A DNA stretch of 64,000 bases from a bacterium (GTDB lineage Bacteria; Patescibacteriota; Minisyncoccia; Moranbacterales; UBA2206): the NCBI GenBank assembly GCA_021785125.1, contig JAJYGF010000012.1, positions 16,612 to 80,611 on the forward strand. The letters run 5' to 3'. Under the pieces are notes generated by a model. It did no database searches. It saw only the letters and a list, made by a program, of their open reading frames with translations, and was not told the DNA's origin. Both the position numbers and the translations under genes were made by a program. Of the stretch, positions 18,540 through 28,033 are shown piece after piece; within the stretch, counting starts at the first letter, position 1, and every line of letters begins with the position of its first letter.

Positions 18540-18952
18540 TATTTGATCAAACTTAGGTCGCCATTAAGTATCGTGGGTTGCATAGCGATCAGTTCATCAG
18601 AATAGCCCATATCGGGAATTGGATTCAAAAGAAAAACTTCCTTATTCAGGACATGTGCAAAAGCCATTTCTAAAAATGAATTTCCGCCTATGTAATTCTT
18701 TATATTTTTCCTTTCCTCATTAATAATCAAAACAGCATCGCCATTCTTTATTTCTTCAAAATAATCACGGATTAAATCATGTTCAAGCTTATTCTTAACT
18801 GACTCTGAATGCATATCTTCTTGAGAGTCCATCTGGGAATATTCTTTGGTAAATTTGGGCAAAATAACTTTATGCCCTAAATCAATAAGGCCGTTTTCGA
18901 TTTCAACCATTTTTTTAGCGGCAGTCATACTGCCACAAATTACGATCTTCAT
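18539..18952 (-). CDS. hypothetical protein, Rossmann-like (possibly nucleoside 2-deoxyribosyltransferase-like)
   Basis: 137 aa with an MKIVICGSM… N-terminus. The family assignment is weak. Confidence 0.4.
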   Translation of the reverse strand: MKIVICGSMTAAKKMVEIENGLIDLGHKVILPKFTKEYSQMDSQEDMHSESVKNKLEHDLIRDYFEEIKNGDAVLIINEERKNIKNYIGGNSFLEMAFAHVLNKEVFLLNPIPDMGYSDELIAMQPTILNGDLSLIK

Positions 18953-19614
18953 AGTTTTCCCATTACTTCTTTCTCTAGTCTGTTAAAAAAAGCGGACATG
19001 AACCTATCTCTTTCGCGAGCCAGTTCTTTGCCTGTCCGAGTCAAAATCTTACGTTTAACATTTATCAATTTTGTATAGTATTCAAAAGCGGCTGTATCTT
19101 CTTCTGTATAGGAATAGTCTTTGCCGGATTTGGCAAGTTTTTTTTCTTTTCCTGAATGCAACTTTCCAGACCCATGGGAGCTTCCGGCAAAAAGAAATAT
19201 CCTACCTACACCGATCGCTCCGAGAGAATCAATCTTGTCAGCATCGAATAGAACTTTTGCTTCAAGCGTTTCAGGAATATTGTGATTTTTATAACGATGA
19301 GACTTGATGCAATGAATTATATTTTTTGAAAGCCCTGGCTCGATTTTTAATTTCGCCAAAATCTTTTCTGCTATTTCCGCTCCCTTTTCTGCGTGGCAAT
19401 AAGCGCCTTTTGCTTTCAATTCATCCTTTCTTCCAATGTCATGCAAAAGAGCGGCAGATTCGACAACAAACAAATTTGCTTTCTCTTGCTTTCCGATACG
19501 CATTGCCAAATCCCGCACCCTTTCGACATGTGTCCAATCATGACAGCCACTGGAGCCGACAAAATACTTCTTAGCTTCGATTTCTATTTTTTTGATTATT
19601 TCTTTCTTATTCAT
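18949..19614 (-). CDS. HD domain phosphohydrolase
   Basis: H…HD motif (CHDWTHVERV … LLHDIGR). Confidence 0.75.
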   Translation of the reverse strand: MNKKEIIKKIEIEAKKYFVGSSGCHDWTHVERVRDLAMRIGKQEKANLFVVESAALLHDIGRKDELKAKGAYCHAEKGAEIAEKILAKLKIEPGLSKNIIHCIKSHRYKNHNIPETLEAKVLFDADKIDSLGAIGVGRIFLFAGSSHGSGKLHSGKEKKLAKSGKDYSYTEEDTAAFEYYTKLINVKRKILTRTGKELARERDRFMSAFFNRLEKEVMGKL

Positions 19615-19801
19615 AGCCTAAAATTTCAGCCTTTAATTTTTTAACCTCCTCCTTGTTTTCAACCAATTCTCCTTTATATAGCTTATGCAAAAAAGGAATT
19701 ACTCCGCAATCCCTGCACTTGCCCCAATTGCAGCCTTTCTGTTTCTGGAAAAGCTCACGGCACATCCCGATTTCTTTATCAAAAATTTCTTTGTCCAGCA
19801 T
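19607..19801 (-). CDS. small Cys-containing protein (possible zinc ribbon)
   Basis: 64 aa with 4 Cys (CxxC-like: C…GC…GKCRDC). It is packed tightly between lysS and the HD gene. Confidence 0.35.
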   Translation of the reverse strand: MLDKEIFDKEIGMCRELFQKQKGCNWGKCRDCGVIPFLHKLYKGELVENKEEVKKLKAEILGYE

Positions 19802-21244
19802 CTATTTGCTCTTAACCGGCGGGAAGATAACTGTTTGGCGGATGGATTTGTCCATAATGAAAGAAAAGAAGCGTTCGCTCATGCCAAAACCAAATGCCGG
19901 CGGCATGCCATATTCCAAAGCTTCCAAGAAATCCTCGTCGATCATCTGCGCTTCTTTGTCTCCGGCTTCGCGCATCTTCATCTGCTCCTCGAAACGGTTC
20001 CGCTGGTCGATCGGATCATTGAGTTCCCCGAATGCGTTGCATAGCTCGCTTTTGCCGGCCACAATTTGGAAGCGCAGAACTTTTTTCGGATTTTTCGGAT
20101 CACGCTTGGCCAACGGCGAAACTTCGATCGGATGCCCGACCAAAAAGCACGGTTGGATCAATTTCTGCCTGACGGTTTTCTTGTAGAGCGTGTCGATCAT
20201 GCGGCTCTTCGAATATCCCGGCTCATATTTAATGCCAAGCTCATCTGCCTTCGCCTTCAGTTGTTCGACCGTCAGATCCCTGGAAAGATCCAGGCCTGTC
20301 TCCTTCTTGAATTCTTTGAAATAATCGACGATCGGGAATTTCGTCTTCCAATTTATTTTCTCGCCTTCATATTCCGTCTCGTATCCGCCTGTAACTTCAG
20401 ACACAATCTTCTTGTACATCTTCTCGGCAAATTTCATGCCGGCTTTCAGGTCGGAATAGGCCCAATAGAATTCCATGTGATCAAACTCTTGCAAGTGTTC
20501 GCGATCAATGCCTTCGTTCCGGAAAACGCGTCCGATCTCGAAAACTTTTTCATAACCTCCGACCAAAAGCCTCTTCAGCGGAAGCTCCAAGGAGATGCGC
20601 ATAAAAAAATCTTGATCCAGCGCGTTGTGATGGGTCACAAACGGCTCAGCATCAGCTCCGCCCGGAGTATGCTCCAAAACCGGAGTCTGCACTTCCAAAA
20701 AACCGTTTTTCACCAAAAATGTCCGAACCGTTTGCCAGAAAATATTTTTCTTTTTGAAAAGCTCACGAGTTTCCGGATTCATTATGAGATCCAAATATCT
20801 CTTGCGCAGAAGTTCTTCTTCGTCTTTCAAGCCGAAATATTCGGTCGGAATCGGTCGGATATTTTTTGAAAGTACCATCCAGGCGGAAACTTCGAGCGAT
20901 TTCTCGCCGGCTTTCGTGACGAACAATTTTCCCGCCGCTTGGATGAAATCACCGATCTCGATGGCCGAGACGAACAACTTGTAATTCTCGGTTCCCTTTT
21001 TGTTGAGAAAAAGCTGGATCTTGCCAGATCCGTCTTCGATATGTGCAAAAGCCACGTTTCCCATTGAGCGCAGAGACCTGACCCGCCCGACCAGAATAAT
21101 TTCTTTTCCCTGCAAAGAATCGAATTTTTCCAACGCTTCCGTATTTGTCATGGAGCGCTCCGCCTTTTCCGGATACGCTTTCATGCCGGCCTCCCGGATA
21201 TCTTTCAATTTATCAAGTTTTGTTTGCAATATATCTTCTCTCAT
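19802..21244 (-). CDS. lysS: lysyl-tRNA synthetase (class II)
   Basis: N-terminal OB-fold anticodon-binding region followed by a class II core (FLEVQTPVL, GGYEKVFEIGRVFRNEG). Confidence 0.88.
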   Translation of the reverse strand: MREDILQTKLDKLKDIREAGMKAYPEKAERSMTNTEALEKFDSLQGKEIILVGRVRSLRSMGNVAFAHIEDGSGKIQLFLNKKGTENYKLFVSAIEIGDFIQAAGKLFVTKAGEKSLEVSAWMVLSKNIRPIPTEYFGLKDEEELLRKRYLDLIMNPETRELFKKKNIFWQTVRTFLVKNGFLEVQTPVLEHTPGGADAEPFVTHHNALDQDFFMRISLELPLKRLLVGGYEKVFEIGRVFRNEGIDREHLQEFDHMEFYWAYSDLKAGMKFAEKMYKKIVSEVTGGYETEYEGEKINWKTKFPIVDYFKEFKKETGLDLSRDLTVEQLKAKADELGIKYEPGYSKSRMIDTLYKKTVRQKLIQPCFLVGHPIEVSPLAKRDPKNPKKVLRFQIVAGKSELCNAFGELNDPIDQRNRFEEQMKMREAGDKEAQMIDEDFLEALEYGMPPAFGFGMSERFFSFIMDKSIRQTVIFPPVKSK

Positions 21245-21310
21245 TTTCTCGCTTTTATTGGATTTAATACTTAAATATTACCTTAAACAGCCAAAATAAT
21301 CAATTTTTCC

Positions 21311-21345
21311 AAATAAAAAACCCGGCAATTAGCCGGATTTTTTAT
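21311..21345 (-). terminator. intrinsic terminator downstream of greA (bidirectional-looking)
   Basis: ccggc-aatta-gccgg with T/A runs on both sides. Confidence 0.55.
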
Positions 21346-21351
21346 TGAAGA

Positions 21352-21807
21352 TTATTTTACTTCAAGAATCTTATACTTCACTTTTCCGCCCGGAGTGTCT
21401 ATCTCGACTTCATCGCCCTTTTTCTTTCCGAGAAAACCTTTGCCTAACGGAGATTCGTTTGAAATTTTCATTTCACCCGGGTTGGCTTCATTTGATCCGA
21501 CGATGGTGAACTCGGTTTCGCTTCCGTCGAATTTCACCTTTACTTGCGATCCCATTTGGACCTTGTCGGTCGCCTTGTCATGAGTCACGACGGTTGATTC
21601 CTTCAACATGAATTCAAGTTCCGCGATCCTAGCCTCGTTTTCAGCCTGTTGATGCTTCGCTTCGCTATACTCTGCGTTTTCACTCAAATCGCCTTGCTCT
21701 TTAGCTTCTTTGATAGCATTGGCGATGTTTTGTCTAACAATCGTCCTTCTGTGCTCAAGCTCGTCTTGAATTTTTTTTAATCCATCCTCGGTTATAAGTT
21801 TTGTCAT
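21352..21807 (-). CDS. greA: transcription elongation factor GreA
   Basis: MTKLITEDGLKKIQDEL N-terminal coiled-coil followed by a C-terminal FKBP-like domain. Confidence 0.85.
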   Translation of the reverse strand: MTKLITEDGLKKIQDELEHRRTIVRQNIANAIKEAKEQGDLSENAEYSEAKHQQAENEARIAELEFMLKESTVVTHDKATDKVQMGSQVKVKFDGSETEFTIVGSNEANPGEMKISNESPLGKGFLGKKKGDEVEIDTPGGKVKYKILEVK

Positions 21808-21995
21808 TTTTCTCTGCCCCAAAGCGGGGAATTAGTTTTTAAAAAATTACTGCCACAAGACAGTAATGGATATTCGTTTATGGAATCAATCAGTCAATTA
21901 TACAAATTACATGGACAATTGTATCAGTGTATTTGAAATGTGTCAACCATTTGTTAGAAGCCAGGCCTGTAAATATCGATTGATTCTGTTTGTTT

Positions 21996-23639
21996 TCAAA
22001 CCGTATTTTTTAGCTTGAGGCCGGTTCTTATGAATTCATTGAAGAGCGGATGACCCTCCAACGGATTGGTTTTGAGTTCGGGATGAAATTGGGTGGCCAA
22101 GAAAAATGGATGGACCGAAACCGGCAATTCCGCGATTTCCATGAGTTTTCCGTCCGGCGATTTGCCGGAAAAAATGATTCCCGCTTTTTCCAACCTTTCA
22201 ACATATTCCGGATTGACTTCCCACCTGTGCCGGTGCCTCTCGGAAATCTTAGCCGTGCCGTATGATTTTTCCGCGATGCTTCCCTTTTTGAGTTTGGCCG
22301 GATAGGCGCCCAAACGCATCGTCGCTCCGTAATTATGATCTTCAAGATTTTTCTTTTGTTCCGGCATGATGTCGATGACCGGATTTTTGGTTTCCCTGTC
22401 TATCTCTGTCGTATGCGCGTCTTTAAGACCCAGAACATTCCGCGCGTATTCGATCACAGCCAGCTGCATCCCATAGCAAAGCCCCAGGAACGGAATCTTG
22501 TTTTTGCGCAAAAATTCGATCGCCAAGATTTTTCCTTCGATCCCGCGGGATCCGAATCCTCCGGGAATGACTACGCCGTCATAATTTTCGAGTTCCTGCA
22601 ATTTCTCCGGATTTTTTTCATATGTCTCGCTGTTTATCCAGTCTATTTCGGGTTTCGCATGGTTCTGGTAACAAGCATGCTTGATCGCCTCAATCACGCT
22701 GATATACGCGTCCGACAGCACGAAATCTCCAGTGCCGAAATATTTGCCGACTATCCCAATCTTTAGTTTATTTTTCGGATGCTTGATTTTTTCCACTAAG
22801 TCATACCATTTTTTGAGGTCGGTTTTCTTGTATTTCAGTCCAAGCTTCTTCAGGATCAGGCGGCTCAAATCATCGCGTTCGAAATTGATCGGAACTTCAT
22901 AGATGCTGTCGATATCCGGAGCTGAGATCACGTATCTTTCCGGTATGTTGCAAAACATTCCGAGTTTCTCTTTTCTTTTCTCGTCCAGGAAGGTCTCGCT
23001 TCTGGCGATGATAAAATCCGGCTGGATACCGGCGCCATTTAATGTGCGGACGGCATATTGGGTCGGTTTCGTCTTCATCTCTCCAACTTTGGACGGAATC
23101 GGCAAATAGCTTACCATTACGAAAATAACGTCGTCCGGATGCTTGATCTTCATCATTCTGGCCGCTTCCAAGAAAAGGATGTTCTGGTATTCGCCGATCG
23201 TTCCGCCGATCTCGATTATCGTTATGTCAGACTTGGCTTTTTCCGACGCCTTCTCGATCCTGGAAATAACTTCCAGCGGGATATGCGGAACAACCTCGAC
23301 GCATCTCCCGTTATATTCCAAGTTGCGTTCTTTATGGATCACCGTTTCATATACCCGTCCCGTCGTCATATAGTTGTCGCGCGGCAAGGTGATGCCGATG
23401 AATCTTTCGTAATTTCCCATGTCCTGGTCGGTTTCGTCTCCGTCATCAAGGACAAATACTTCTCCATGTTCGGTCGGATTCATAGTTCCGGCATCGACGT
23501 TGATATACGGGTCGATCTTGAGGGCGGTCACATTGAACCCTCTCGCCTTCAATATCGCTCCGATAGAAGAGGTGGTGATGCCTTTGCCGACACCGCTCAT
23601 GACCCCTCCGACTACGAAGATGTATTTTCGATCTTTCAT
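21996..23639 (-). CDS. pyrG: CTP synthase
   Basis: N-terminus YIFVVGGVMSGVGKGITTSS and a C-terminal glutamine amidotransferase domain (GLCYGMQ). Confidence 0.9.
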   Translation of the reverse strand: MKDRKYIFVVGGVMSGVGKGITTSSIGAILKARGFNVTALKIDPYINVDAGTMNPTEHGEVFVLDDGDETDQDMGNYERFIGITLPRDNYMTTGRVYETVIHKERNLEYNGRCVEVVPHIPLEVISRIEKASEKAKSDITIIEIGGTIGEYQNILFLEAARMMKIKHPDDVIFVMVSYLPIPSKVGEMKTKPTQYAVRTLNGAGIQPDFIIARSETFLDEKRKEKLGMFCNIPERYVISAPDIDSIYEVPINFERDDLSRLILKKLGLKYKKTDLKKWYDLVEKIKHPKNKLKIGIVGKYFGTGDFVLSDAYISVIEAIKHACYQNHAKPEIDWINSETYEKNPEKLQELENYDGVVIPGGFGSRGIEGKILAIEFLRKNKIPFLGLCYGMQLAVIEYARNVLGLKDAHTTEIDRETKNPVIDIMPEQKKNLEDHNYGATMRLGAYPAKLKKGSIAEKSYGTAKISERHRHRWEVNPEYVERLEKAGIIFSGKSPDGKLMEIAELPVSVHPFFLATQFHPELKTNPLEGHPLFNEFIRTGLKLKNTV

Positions 23640-23671
23640 AAAATTATATTATCGTAGAATTTAAAAAATTT

Positions 23672-23705
23672 AACAAACGAAAAAGTCGCTATCCCCTGCG
23701 ACTTT
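23672..23705 (-). terminator. intrinsic terminator after rplI
   Basis: aaagtcgc-tatcccct-gcgacttt; a T-run follows on the minus strand. Confidence 0.5.
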
Positions 23706-23725
23706 GTATGTAATTTTCAAAAAGT

Positions 23726-24166
23726 CTATAAACCTTCGATGCTGATCCTGATTGATGTTTCGATGCCATGGTCGAGCCTGATCTTAATTTCAAAACTGCC
23801 TGTTTTTCTGATAGGATCTTTCAGGATGACGGATTTGTCCGAAATATGAATACTTTCTTTTTTTAATTCCCTGACGATGTCTTTTGCCTGGACCGATCCG
23901 AAAAGCCTGCCCTTGTTCTCCTCCATTTTTAGCGTAATTTTCCTTTCTTTGATTTGATCGGCCAGGCGTTGGTTTTTTTCGCGATCATTTTGTTCCTTTT
24001 CGACTTGTTTTTTGCGTATGGTTTCCACCCTTCTTACCGATCCCGACGTGGCCGTTTCCGCCATATTTTTCACGAACAGGAAATTTCTGGCGTAACCTTC
24101 CGCAACATCTCTTACATCGCCTTTTTTGCCTAACCCTTTGATATCTTGGAGCAGGATTACTTTCAT
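23726..24166 (-). CDS. rplI: 50S ribosomal protein L9
   Basis: MKVILLQDIKGLGKKGDVRDVAEGYARNFL. Confidence 0.88.
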   Translation of the reverse strand: MKVILLQDIKGLGKKGDVRDVAEGYARNFLFVKNMAETATSGSVRRVETIRKKQVEKEQNDREKNQRLADQIKERKITLKMEENKGRLFGSVQAKDIVRELKKESIHISDKSVILKDPIRKTGSFEIKIRLDHGIETSIRISIEGL

Positions 24167-24200
24167 AGAATCATTATAATTAAAATGCGTACGCTTTGCA

Positions 24201-24232
24201 AATAAAAAACCGGCTCACATTTGTGGGCCGGT
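24201..24232 (-). terminator. intrinsic terminator
   Basis: ccggctcaca-ttt-gtgggccgg; a T-run follows on the minus strand. It overlaps the 3' end of the small ORF. Confidence 0.45.
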
Positions 24233-24430
24233 AGCTTTCCGGAAGATTGCCCGGAAGAAATTTTTAATCATAGGGCATACATATTCTATTAATATGAAGA
24301 TTACCGCTATTAAAATAAATACAATTCCAAGCGTCTTCAGCGTCCACCATTTCTCCATGAAATGGTTGAACTCTCTGATTTGCGGCCTAAAACAGCTCCG
24401 CAAAAATCCCCAGAACCAATTTTTTTGCAT
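24215..24430 (-). CDS. small membrane protein (hypothetical)
   Basis: 71 aa with one TM helix. Support is weak because its 3' end overlaps a terminator stem. Confidence 0.3.
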   Translation of the reverse strand: MQKNWFWGFLRSCFRPQIREFNHFMEKWWTLKTLGIVFILIAVIFILIEYVCPMIKNFFRAIFRKATGPQM

Positions 24431-24502
24431 TAGCCCCTCCTTTTATAAAGAACAAGAAACCAAGCTATATTTATAGCACATATGGATCAAAAAGTCAATA
24501 TC

Positions 24503-25780
24503 CTATTTAATCATCCCTTCGATGATTGACATCGCTTTATCCAATTGCGGATCCCGATTATTACTGATGTCGTCCGCAGTCATGTCAACCTCAACGTCAG
24601 GCACGATTCCTTTTTCCATGATATAATCGCCGTTCGGCGTCAGCCATTTGGCGACAGTGATTTTCACGCTGGAATTCTGCGGCAGATCGATCAGCTCCTG
24701 GACCGATCCTTTGCCGAAAGATTTTTTGCCGATAAGTTGGACTCCGCGGTCATCGCGCAATGCTCCTGCCAAAATTTCCGCCGCGCTGGCACTGCCGTCA
24801 TTAATCAGCACGACTATCGGAATTCCGCTGAGCTTGTCTCCTCCCGAAGTGTACAAGCTGTTTCTGTTGCCGCCAGCATCTTCCTCTGTGACGACAACCT
24901 TATTTTTCGGAATCAGCCGACTAGCCACATCCACCGCTTTATCCAAAAATCCGCCAGGATTATTGCGTAAATCCAATACGATACCCTTAGATCTGCGCGC
25001 GAGTATTTGGTTCATGGCATCATCGAATTCTGAATCTGTCTTTTCTCCGAATTGGTTTATCTTCAGATCAGCAATATTGTTGTTTTTAAAATCAACGGTG
25101 ACAGTTTTCACTTCAATGACGTCGCGCGTGATAGTTATATCGGTCGTATTCTGCGCTCCTTTATGCAAAACCGTCAATTTGACCTGTGTGCCTTGCTTGC
25201 CGCGGATCATATCCACCGCTTGGTCTATTGTCATGTCAGATGTAGATTTATCATTAATTTTCATGATCTTATCGCCGGTTTGCAACCCGGATTTTTGAGC
25301 TGGCGATCCTTCCAAAGGCGCGATTACGGTCAGAATATTATCCTTTATCCCAAGTTCCGCTCCAATTCCTTCAAAACTGCCGCCGATATCCTGTGAAAAT
25401 GCTTTGGTTTCCTTGGGATCGAAGAAAGTTGTGTATGGATCATTGGTGGCGCCTAACATGCCTTTGATCGCACCATATACCAGAGCTTGGGAATCCAAAG
25501 AACTTTTGTTGACATATTTTTCCTTAAGCAAGTCCCAAACTCTCCAAAACAAGGAAAAATCCACCTGGTCCGAGTTGGGCGGATTTTGGTTTATGACCGT
25601 AGTTGAAGATATGGGATGGGTCTGGTTAGTTTGATTCACGGTTCTTTTTCCGGAGACATAACCAACCCAGAATGTTCCCGTCAAAACAAAAAAAATCAGG
25701 AACAAAATCAAATATCTTTTGAAGATTTTATTGTGTCTTTTTTGAGGATTTGTTTCGGACAAAGATTGTTCTTCAGCCAT
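24503..25780 (-). CDS. ctpA: carboxyl-terminal processing protease (S41, tail-specific)
   Basis: N-terminal TM helix, PDZ domain and the S41 catalytic region (GSASAAEI, RNNPGG). Confidence 0.8.
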   Translation of the reverse strand: MAEEQSLSETNPQKRHNKIFKRYLILFLIFFVLTGTFWVGYVSGKRTVNQTNQTHPISSTTVINQNPPNSDQVDFSLFWRVWDLLKEKYVNKSSLDSQALVYGAIKGMLGATNDPYTTFFDPKETKAFSQDIGGSFEGIGAELGIKDNILTVIAPLEGSPAQKSGLQTGDKIMKINDKSTSDMTIDQAVDMIRGKQGTQVKLTVLHKGAQNTTDITITRDVIEVKTVTVDFKNNNIADLKINQFGEKTDSEFDDAMNQILARRSKGIVLDLRNNPGGFLDKAVDVASRLIPKNKVVVTEEDAGGNRNSLYTSGGDKLSGIPIVVLINDGSASAAEILAGALRDDRGVQLIGKKSFGKGSVQELIDLPQNSSVKITVAKWLTPNGDYIMEKGIVPDVEVDMTADDISNNRDPQLDKAMSIIEGMIK

Positions 25781-25791
25781 GACTAGTTGCT

Positions 25792-26601
25792 TTAATTGTG
25801 TTTAGGAAGCGGTTTTCCCGCGTATTTCATGAAATATTTTATCGCGCTGGCGATGTGGATCCAGGTCAACTTATTGGAAAGAAGCGAGTTTAAAACTCCT
25901 TTGCCGGCCGAGCCGCGGCCATGATAATGATACATTCGAGCCTCGGGAAAATATACAACTTTATAGCCGCATTCCCAGAAACGCCTGCACCAATCGGTAT
26001 CTTCAAAGTATAATCGGAATCGGCTATCCATGGCTCCGACTTTCTTGATCGCTTCACGACTGGCCATAAGCGCCGAACCCATTACCCAATCCACCTCGCG
26101 CACGTCTTGATGATCGAAATCATTCATCAAAAAACTATCCAGATGCTTTTTGGCGAACCATAATTTGCCCAGAAATGTTCTTCTGTAGACAATTGTTAGC
26201 GGAGCATAAAATCGAAAAGTGGAAGGCTGGAAGGTTTCATTGAAGTTCAACAGTTGCGGAGCGACGATTCCTACTCCGGGGTCATTCTTTATGTATGCGA
26301 GAAGTTTTTCGACGGCATCTTTCTTGATAATCACGTCGCCGTTCAAGATGAGGATATATTTCCCCTTTGCGGCTTCCAGACCCCTGTTCACCGTGCCGCC
26401 GAATCCGATATTTTTTTCCGAGGATAGGAATCTTATCTCTGGATACTGGTCCTGCATCATCAGTTCGGTCTTCTCTTCCGTCGCACTGTCCGATACGATA
26501 ATTTCAAGATCTGGAAGTCCGACATTCCGCTTGATCGAATCGATGCACACTTTCAAGAGTTCCGGATTTTTATAGCTGGTGATGATGATCGAAAGTTCCA
26601 T
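25792..26601 (-). CDS. glycosyltransferase family 2
   Basis: MELSIIITSYKN… and DxD-like motifs. The start was moved to the MELSII methionine, which avoids overlap with the upstream gene. Confidence 0.75.
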   Translation of the reverse strand: MELSIIITSYKNPELLKVCIDSIKRNVGLPDLEIIVSDSATEEKTELMMQDQYPEIRFLSSEKNIGFGGTVNRGLEAAKGKYILILNGDVIIKKDAVEKLLAYIKNDPGVGIVAPQLLNFNETFQPSTFRFYAPLTIVYRRTFLGKLWFAKKHLDSFLMNDFDHQDVREVDWVMGSALMASREAIKKVGAMDSRFRLYFEDTDWCRRFWECGYKVVYFPEARMYHYHGRGSAGKGVLNSLLSNKLTWIHIASAIKYFMKYAGKPLPKHN

Positions 26602-26626
26602 AGAACATGCGGAAATGATGGAATTT

Positions 26627-27955
26627 TTATTGTTCAGGCGTGGCTTGCGGAGCCGCAGAAGCATTGCCAGAAGCTGTTCCGGATGCGGAAGTCTGGCCTG
26701 AGCTTGTCTGTTGCGATCCGGTCGCAGCCGCGCCTGAACTATTTGCCGCGCTTTGAGGCACCGTGCCCGTACTCGTATAATCCGGCGTCATCGTGAAGAT
26801 ATTCTTAAACAAAGCTTGGATCTGGTTGTAGTTGTCGCCTTTCGGAAGCAGGATATCTCCGGCTTGCGGATCCTGGACTCCATACAGCAATCCGACCTGC
26901 GGATCATTGCTGGTATCCATAACTCTTTGGTAGAGAGGAGCGCTCTTCAGCTTTGCATACAGATCGAACAGGCGCTTCATCTCCCAACCTTGCATGTCAG
27001 TCTTGACGTTGTTTCCCAAGCTGTCCAGGATGCCGTTTATTTTGCTGAAATTTGTTAAGGTTCCAGCACTTAATAGCTGGCTTTCCACCGCTTTTATGAT
27101 CTGCTGCTGGCGTTTGGCGCGTTCGAAATCATTGGAAGTTTCGCGGGAACGCGCGTAACACATTGCTTGCTGGGCGGTCAAAGTCTGAGATCCGGCCGGA
27201 AGTTTGAAGTCGCCGCCACATTCTTCTGTGTTGGCAGGTGCCGTGCATAACGGATATTGCGCCACTACCCTTGTACGAGCCAACCTGCCGGTGATCTTGT
27301 CGTATATCTTTTTGGTTTTTGTCTGATATTGCCCGGTCGGCACATTAAAGAATGAATCGCAGACATGCGGCTGGTTGAACTGCACTGACTCCTCAAATGG
27401 CTTATCAAGAGTTATCTGGACCCCGCCAATCGCATTTACAAATTGCGTAAAAGCATCGTAATTAAGTGCGATGCCATATTGGATCGGCAAGCCGGTGATA
27501 ACTCCCACCTCCTGCTCCATATATTTTATGCCTTGTCCGGAGCCTTTCTGTTCGCCATAAGCATAAACAGCATTAAGCTTTGTTTTATATCCGACTGCTG
27601 GATTGTCCACATAAAGATCACGCGGAACGGACATAAGAGCCATTTTATTATCTTTCGTATCTATGCTGAGAAGCTGTATGGTGTCTGAAAGTAAACCTCC
27701 ATTCGGATCATTTGCTCCGCGCATGCCCAAAAGCAGGATATTCACCCTTCCGTCAGACTCTCCCTTCAACTGATTGTTCACGCCAGGCAAGGAATGCACC
27801 AAGGTGCTTAACAATCCTCCGCTGGAAATTTTGCGCAAAAGGCTGTCAGCTCGCCAGGCAAAATAACCGCCGACAATCATTATGATTGCAATGATGGCAA
27901 CGATAATTTTAAAGCCTTTTCCTTTTGATCTGAACTTGGAAATCAATTGTGACAT
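26627..27955 (-). CDS. LytR-CpsA-Psr (LCP) family protein with a Ser/Thr/Ala-rich C-terminal tail
   Basis: N-terminal TM helix and the LCP core (LLLGMRGANDPNGGLLSDTIQLLSID…SVPRDLYV). Confidence 0.75.
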   Translation of the reverse strand: MSQLISKFRSKGKGFKIIVAIIAIIMIVGGYFAWRADSLLRKISSGGLLSTLVHSLPGVNNQLKGESDGRVNILLLGMRGANDPNGGLLSDTIQLLSIDTKDNKMALMSVPRDLYVDNPAVGYKTKLNAVYAYGEQKGSGQGIKYMEQEVGVITGLPIQYGIALNYDAFTQFVNAIGGVQITLDKPFEESVQFNQPHVCDSFFNVPTGQYQTKTKKIYDKITGRLARTRVVAQYPLCTAPANTEECGGDFKLPAGSQTLTAQQAMCYARSRETSNDFERAKRQQQIIKAVESQLLSAGTLTNFSKINGILDSLGNNVKTDMQGWEMKRLFDLYAKLKSAPLYQRVMDTSNDPQVGLLYGVQDPQAGDILLPKGDNYNQIQALFKNIFTMTPDYTSTGTVPQSAANSSGAAATGSQQTSSGQTSASGTASGNASAAPQATPEQ

Positions 27956-28033
27956 CGTTTAAATTTTAAAAATAAATAGCCGACACTTGGATTTGTAGGC
28001 ATTGGTTATATTCTACTTTTAATACGAGTATTG

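Noticed and set aside
20066-20869. 267-aa plus-strand ORF
   Set aside because: It is antisense to lysS, which has unambiguous class II synthetase motifs.
22050-23664. Several 70-200-aa plus-strand ORFs (e.g. 23058-23657)
   Set aside because: All lie antisense to pyrG and have no recognisable features.
24648-25298. 216-aa plus-strand ORF
   Set aside because: It is antisense to the S41 Ctp protease gene.
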